A stretch of DNA of 64,000 bases from contig CAXHJY010000262.1 in assembly GCA_964016885.1 (NCBI GenBank), forward strand, positions 76,621 through 140,620, written 5' to 3'. Shown here piece after piece: positions 53,200 to 64,000 of the stretch. Below the pieces are notes generated by a model, which was not told the DNA's origin, did not search any database, and saw only the letters and a list, made by a program, of their open reading frames with translations. This stretch comes from Eledone cirrhosa. Its lineage: Eukaryota. The position numbers and the translations under genes are program-made. Position 1 is the first letter of the stretch. Every line of letters starts with the position of its first letter.

Positions 53200-54435
53200 T
53201 CCTGGGTAGATATTGTTAACCAGGTAATACTAGAGGGTGTCATACCAAAGGATTGGTGCAGCAGCATTATCGTCAACTGCTACAAGGGTAAAGGAGATGC
53301 ACTAGATAGAAGAAACTATAGAGGTATAAAGCTGATGGACCAGGTCATGAAAGTAATGGAACGAGTCATAGCACAGTTGATCAGGGACTGGGTAAAACTA
53401 GGTGAGATGCAGTTTGGGCTTGTGCCAGGAAAAAGCACCACTGATGCAGTTACAGGAAAAGTACCTAGCTAAATGTAAGCCACTCTACCTGGCTCTTGTC
53501 GATCTGGAAAAAGCCTTCGACAGAGTGCTCTGTGCTATAAGCTAGTCGGCTCTTAGAAAACTAGGACTAGATGAACGGCTTGTGAAAGCTGTACAAGCCA
53601 TGTATAGGGGAGCAGTCAGCAAAGAGTTAACAATGACTATAGCGGGGAATTTAGCATACTTGTCGGTGTCCACCAGGGCCCTGTTCTCAGCACTCTCCTG
53701 TTTATTATAGTATTGCAGGCTATAACAGAAGAGTTTAAGACCGGATGCCCATAGGAACTCCTATACGCGGATGATCTTACACTTATAGCTGAATCTGTGG
53801 CAGAACTAAAGAAACAAGCACCACCAAACTCTGGGAGAGCTCTGTAGAAACAATAGACATCTTTTGCTACCTAGATGACCGAATAAGCAGGAGGTGGGTG
53901 TTCTGAAAGTACAGTAACCAGGGTAACGACAGGATTGAAGAAGTTCAGGGAGCTACTGCTACTGCTAGCTACAAAAGGCTTTTCACTCAAAATAAAAGGC
54001 AGACAGTATGATGCGTGCATACGAACAGCAATGTTATATGGTAGTGAGACCTGGGCACTGTCTGTAGAAGACTTGCGTAGATTAGAAAGAAACGAAGCTT
54101 GCATTAAGAAATTGAGAGAGACTAAGCATAAGAGGAATCAAATGCTGTGTGCAGGAGAGGAGGTTGTGTTGTACCCCCTGGGTACAAGCCGAAGCTGAAG
54201 CACATAAATATACTCCCACTGTAAAGTGGCCGTGGAGGTATCACGACAAAAAAGCACCCATCACTCACTGTGAGGTTGGTGTTAGGAAGGGCATCCAGCT
54301 GTAGAAATCAAGTCAAAACCAGTTCCCATCTGAGCAAGACAAAGTCACCCTACCTGGCACTACTCACAACAGGACAACCTGTCTAACCCATACTACCGTG
54401 GAAGAAGGGACGTAAAACGGTGATGATGATGATGA
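53200..54435 (+). mobile_element. Degenerate RTE LINE 3' half
   Basis: [28 protein letters not shown]; (GAT)n tail. Confidence 0.88.
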
Positions 54436-56192
54436 TATACATATACGCAATGGCCGATACAGCTTTGCACCAGTGACGTCACAATGTATATATATACTAT
54501 ATATATACACTATGTATATATTATATATACACTGCGTACAGTATATATACACTATATATATGTCCAAGAAAAAGGGTATGGCCGATACAGCTAGGCACTA
54601 GTGACATCACAAGATATATATATATACTATATATATATTATACAGTATATATACATTATATATATGTCCAAGAAAAAGGCTATGGCCGATACATCTTGGC
54701 ACTAGAACTCATTTCTACAGCTGAGTAAACTAGAGTAACGTGAAATAAAGTGTCTTGCTCAAGGAGACAGCACATCACCCGGTCCGAGAATCGAACTCAC
54801 CACCTTTTGATAGTAAACCTCTAACATAATCCTCTAACCACTAAGCCATGATACCTTTCAGAACCAACTGTTTTCATAGTTTAAGCCTTAAAATACCTCT
54901 CATACATGCTTTAAGGACATATAAATTCATTAAAACACACTTTTGTATTTAAACACCAAACTAACGGTCGTAAGATGTTCCTTCCTTACAATATACACTT
55001 TAATAACATTGAAACTTATTTAATAAGTTTAAATTTTAAACGCTTTTTATTCAGATGTACCGCGATAAGAAAACAGATATGTTTTAACGAAAAATCCGCG
55101 ATGTGGCGAGGATTACCGCGATAGGAAATTAGATACGTTCCAAAGAAATATCCGCGATGTAACGGGACCGCGAAAAGTGAACCACGATATAGCGGGGGTT
55201 TACTGTATATATACACACACAACATACATCTATCTATATACACTCATAATATTTATTTCGATTTTTTACATTAAAATGTTGACTGAGGGTGCGACAACTG
55301 TTTCTTGTTTGAGGTTGTTCCAGTGGTTGAAATATAGACGGAGGTATTTTAAATAATAAAGACAGTCATGACAACAATATATTTTATATCACATGTAACA
55401 GTGGAATCTGGTTAATTACTGGATCGTTGTAGGGTTCACATAATTATATTATTTACACACATTAATATAGACATTAAGTAAATCTTTGTCAACTTACCTC
55501 CTTCAGATATAATCAATGTGTTGTGTTGTTAGGTTTTACTAAACAACCAAAGAAATAATCTCTTTGTTATCAAATTATAAATTTCAAAGATGTTATCAGC
55601 TTTATTTCACGACATTAACGTTGGTGTATCTTCTTCATCTTTAGTCATAAATTGATATCTTGTCAGAATGAAGTAGTGAGGCTGACTTTATGTCTTTAGT
55701 TACAGATTTGATAGGAAATATATATATATATTAGGTTGATATGTGGTCTAAAATATATATTGTCTATAAATGACTAATAGCAGATGTTCTGGTGAAATAG
55801 TAGTTTTACTACTACAGATTGTAATGGAACTCTTAATAGACACAATTGTAAAGTAAGAATAGATATGACAGTGTAAGACTGATGTCGGGGAAAGAAAACT
55901 GTGTGTGTATATATATATATAATTGTTACACAAGATATAATTAGATTAATTAAAGTTATAATGAAGACAGCAGGTACCCGGTGTCGTTGGGAATGTTTCA
56001 ACGCTCGTACCGGTATCATACGTTAAAAGTCCCTGATATAATTTAATACCTTCAAACAGAGTTCCAATCGTATTTAATTTATTGTAAATCAGAAAGTATC
56101 ACTCAGTAAAATATCAATTATATATCAATAAGAAAACCTCTACGTAGTCTCTCTAACTGCTAGAAATAGCAGTGATATTATCCATTACCACT

Positions 56193-59015
<2,823 letters not shown>

Positions 59016-59337
59016 AGTCTAACAGTCTATATAAATTAGCGAGGATCGTATTTTGGCTATTGGAAATTAGCGAAAGACACCTTCCGAGAAGTGAGGCAAG
59101 CGCTCCATAGAAGTTGTGTTCTAGAGCAACAACGTAAGTTAAAAGGCCAAACACACTGAGACGATGGTTAAACCATTATCCGCACAGCCATAGAAACGAC
59201 CAAGTCATTTCTTGTCAAACAAATAATAAAATATGATTGAAAATTATACCCGGACCCCTGGAAACGTTGGTAATATCCAGTATGGGGTTTCTGAAACTCC
59301 TAAATCAGGTACTGTCTGCTCTGCTTAAACAAATAAT

Positions 59338-59523
59338 TGTTTCTATTTTAGGCACAAGGCCAGCAATTACCCAGTACATTACTGGTACTTTATTTTATCG
59401 ACCCCATAAGGATGAAAGGCAAAGTTAACCTCGACGGGATTTGAACTCAGATCATAAAAGGACGTAACACTATGCTTCAAAGCATGGTGTTCGACTCTCT
59501 ACCGATACTGTCAATCCACCGCC
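59338..59523 (-). mobile_element. SINE family 1 with 14-bp TSD, inserted in a Penelope-like remnant
   Basis: TSD cttaaacaaataat on both sides. Confidence 0.88.
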
Positions 59524-59649
59524 CTTAAACAAATAATGTTAAGCTTTTGTTATGATGATCGAACAAGGAAGTCACTTTTTCAACAGGCATTTAGTTCTGT
59601 GCAAAGCCAAGGACTGACCGTTATCAAAACCCACGTGGGGTGTGATAAG

Positions 59650-59723
<74 letters not shown>

Positions 59724-59724
<1 letters not shown>

Positions 59725-60547
59725 TGCCATTTTACGTCTGTAAGTATAGATTTAATATTTAATATTCTCTAGATCGATACAAACGGACTATATGTACTTG
59801 AATTAAGGTATTTCTATCTGGCTAAAAAATTATTGTCATTTTGCAAAAAAAACACAGTAGTGTTGATCATATATTTTTTTAAATTATAATGTAATGCTCA
59901 GAAGTATTTTCTTAGAGCTTAATATTTGTAACTGACTACTAAACTGAAATTAATCTGCTCCTACGGTTGAGCTGAATTCATAATCACATATTCACGGCTG
60001 CTATTTCTAGCGCCATGGATGTGAGCCAGAATGCTGAGAAGGTCGTGTGCAAAAGCACATGTATTAGGCTTGCGACAGATCAGTCTTAAGATATTATCTT
60101 AGGAGAAGTGTTTTTAATTTCTGGGTGCCTACCGAAGATCACAGAAAATTGATTACTCCACTAATAATTATTTTATAAATAGTTGTTCCGTAATTAATTA
60201 ATTATTTCATTAGTATAACATCCCTTGTGAAACAGGTTTATGTTTTGAAGTTCCGCCCGATCTGCTGAAAAGGTTTGAATTTTGAAATTTAAACTTGTCT
60301 AGGCACCAGGCAGTTGCCATTTTACGTCTGAAAGTATAGATTTAATATTTAATATTCTCTAGATCGATACAGACGGACTATATGTACTTGAATTAAGGTA
60401 TTTCTATCTGGCTAAAAAATAAAAAATTATTGTCATTTTGCAAAAAAAACACAGTAGTGTTGATCATATATTTTTTTAAATTATAATGTAATGCTCAGAA
60501 GTATTTTCTTAGAGCTTAATATTTGTAACTGACTACTAAACTGAAAT
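59724..60547. mobile_element. 590-bp-period element with ~227-bp direct terminal repeats
   Basis: 59724-59950 = 60314-60547; internal motifs shared with 22545-23080. Confidence 0.8.
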
Positions 60548-60590
60548 ATATACATACATATATATTTAGTTATGTAATAAAGATAATTAT

Positions 60591-60651
60591 TTCATTTACC
60601 AGTGGTTTCTTGAAGGCAGATGTTATGTCTGTCTTCAGTCGTCAGAATGAA
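60591..60651 (-). ncRNA. Type I hammerhead ribozyme (canonical core CUGACGA)
   Basis: Minus strand ttcatt CTGACGA ctgaagacagacataacatctgccttcaa GAAA ccactgg TA aatgaa. Confidence 0.8.
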
Positions 60652-60683
60652 TAAATAAGATGTTATAAATGAGATGTTATTTA

Positions 60684-60744
60684 TTCATTTTGACGACTGA
60701 AGACAGACAGAACATCTGCCTTCAAGAAACCACTTGTAAATGAA
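60684..60744 (+). ncRNA. Inverted copy of the hammerhead (C3 to U, stem III mismatch)
   Basis: ttcatt TTGACGA..GAAA ccacttg TA aatgaa; right arm of the fold-back at 60565-60780. Confidence 0.65.
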
Positions 60745-63378
60745 ATAATTATCTTATGTTGTTTATTACATAACTAATAAGCTCTGTAGCCTACATATAG
60801 CACTCTTTTTTCTTGTACCTTTCCGACGGAAATACTACATATATATATATAAATATATATGTGTACAAAATATATACAGAGCTTATTAGTTATGTAATAA
60901 ACAACATAAGATAATTATTTCATGTAACAGTAATATACATGGGTATAGTCTAACCCATGCTAGTGTAGAAGATAGACGTTGATGATGATGATGATGTATA
61001 TTATATATTATATATATATATATATCCCCATCACAGTTTAAACTCCATTTTACATGCTAGCATGGGCCAGACAAGTTGTCCTGTTGTGTGAAAACTTAGA
61101 TCAAATGAGCCTGTCTTGCTCATGCTAAAACCATTTCTGGTTGGTTTCTATGGCTGGATGCTCTTCCTAACTCCAACCACATTTACAGGGTGGACTTGGT
61201 ATTTATTGTTGTGTTGCTAACATGACCAACCTACAGGGTGGACTGGGAGGTTTTTGTTGTGTCACCAGCATGACTACCTTGCAGGGAGAGTTAGGTGCTC
61301 TTTTGTCATAACAGAGAGGACTCTGTGTTCTTTTGTCATGACACTTGCATGACCACCTTACAGGGTTGCCTGAGGGTTTAGCCATTTCAGCAGGAGTAGA
61401 GCATGTTAAGCTTTCCATACTTGTATAAATGGGTTGGTCAAGAGAGGTGTATCAGATGTGAAAGTGGGGGATGGGGTTGTGTGTATGTAGGGTGGGGAAT
61501 GGAGAGATAGGTGAGGGTGGTGTACATAGTTGGTAAGGGGGTGGAATGTTAAGATATGGAGAGGAGGAAAATTGGAGCATCTCTACCTACATATACGTCA
61601 CATGTCCATACCACAGCAATCTCCTATTCTGTATACTGTATCTTATCCCTCTCATGCCCAGGTTCTCTCTCAGTTTATTTACACTTTCCCCTTCATGTAT
61701 ATTAATATTACCCATTCATCGGAGAATTCATGCTTCATTTCAATCCAATCTTCTGAGGTCCTCACTGAAATGCAGCATTGCTGTTCATATGCACACATCA
61801 ATTTGGTGAAACAAACTTTTGTAGCCAGCAGCAGTAGTAGCACCCTAAACCTCTGCCATCTTGTTCTTACTCTTGTTACTGTATTTCAAAACACCTACCT
61901 CTACTGCTAATTTAGTCACCCAGATAACAAAAACTGTCAACTGCTTCTATGGAACCCATTAAATGTTTGATAGAGCTTGTCTCCTAAAAGCGATTGCTGC
62001 TTACTGCTCCAGTGCAGTGACCCCATGTAAAACATATGTTCTTAGCTAACTTACCAGGTATGTGTGACCATTGAGTCCACTTATGGCCACCACTGTTTAT
62101 TAGGGGAGGCACTTCCAAACAAACCCTTCATTAAGCATGCTGACAAATAGTTCTTTCCTCCAACAATTTTTGGATGGAAAAAGTTTAGAGAGCTACTGCA
62201 ACAGTTGACCACGAAAGGTTTCTCTCTCTGTACAAAAGGACGACTGTATGACATATGTGGGCGATGTGCAATGATGCATGGTAACGAAACAGGGGCTGTG
62301 ACTGCAGAGGATATGTAGACTGGAGAGAAATGAAGCAACCATGCTTTGTAGGATATGTTATGTAAGTGTGAGAGAAAGGTAGAGCTTGGACAAGTTCAAG
62401 AAGAAGCTGGGTTTAAGACTGATCTGAAGTGGTGTGTAAGAGAGAACACTGCGTTTGTACGACATCTGATACACATGGATAATGACCAGAGAAGGAAGCC
62501 ATAGTAGAGGTAAACTAAGAAAGAGCTGCAAATAACTGATTCTCACAGAGGAGACCACAAAGGAACACGACGTATTGAAAGATGCCATGTTGAGAAGGAC
62601 ATGTCCAACCAAGGAAGCATGTAAAACAGACATAAAAACGATGATGTTGATAACGATGACGTACATATACACACATACATACACAAATAAATCAAACACA
62701 GATATGCACATATGTATATACAAACATAGATACAAACATATACATGGACACAAATTTCAACACACATACATTCACATATATATAGTGTGTGTAAATGCTG
62801 AACCATACAGTTTTATCAGCACAAGTCTTGGTTACAACTTCTACAAATAAAATGAAAGGAGAATAATTTCTTAGTAAAACAGTTTTATTCAAAATATTAA
62901 CAATAGTGGCATTATTTTGGGTGAGTGACATGGTTTTTATCTTGTCTAATTGTGTTGCATTAAGTAATCTTTACAAGAGAACGATTTATCACAGACATCA
63001 CAGTGATATGGTTCCTCTCCTGTGTATGTTAGTGTGTAGTGAAGCCACAACATTTAGAGAAGCATTTACCACAGACATCATAGTGATATGGTTCCTCTCC
63101 TGTATGTGTCAGTGTCTAGTGAAACCACAACATTTAGTAAATGATTTATTACAGACATCACAGTTATATGGTTCCTTTCCTGTATATGTTAGTGTCTAGT
63201 GAAGCCACAACATTTAGAGAAAGATTTATCAAATATATCAGTGATATGGCTTCCCAGCTGTATGTATATGTTTGTGTAGTTAATGTAATATTCAAAGAGA
63301 ATGATTTCCCTAAGATGTTACAATGATATGTATTTGTATTCTCATTAATTCACAAATTATATCACTGATGTCAATGCG

Positions 63379-64000
<622 letters not shown>

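Overview
Repeat-rich eukaryotic (animal) genomic DNA, very probably octopus/cephalopod; this is inferred from the tandem KRAB-less C2H2 zinc-finger cluster, long (TA)n/(TACA)n microsatellites, RTE LINEs with (GAT)n tails and tRNA-derived SINEs. The window holds five minus-strand C2H2-ZNF paralogues made by tandem duplication: two intact, one with a late frameshift and two pseudogene or truncated copies. It also holds a complete but decayed LTR retrotransposon (5-bp TSD, unusual primer-binding site), many RTE LINE copies carrying a PHD finger, a mariner remnant, piggyBac- and Tigger-like MITEs, SINEs and three minisatellites. The most striking unexplained signal is a set of small non-coding islands embedded in (TA)n tracts, densest at 22.4-31 kb. 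Reading by eye I find 12 minimal type I hammerhead ribozyme motifs at 8 loci (one degenerate), in tandem, direct-repeat or fold-back arrangements typical of Penelope-like pseudo-LTRs and retrozymes. Three otherwise dissimilar families share the compensatory U3-A8 core variant. All structures were folded by eye and no searches were run.
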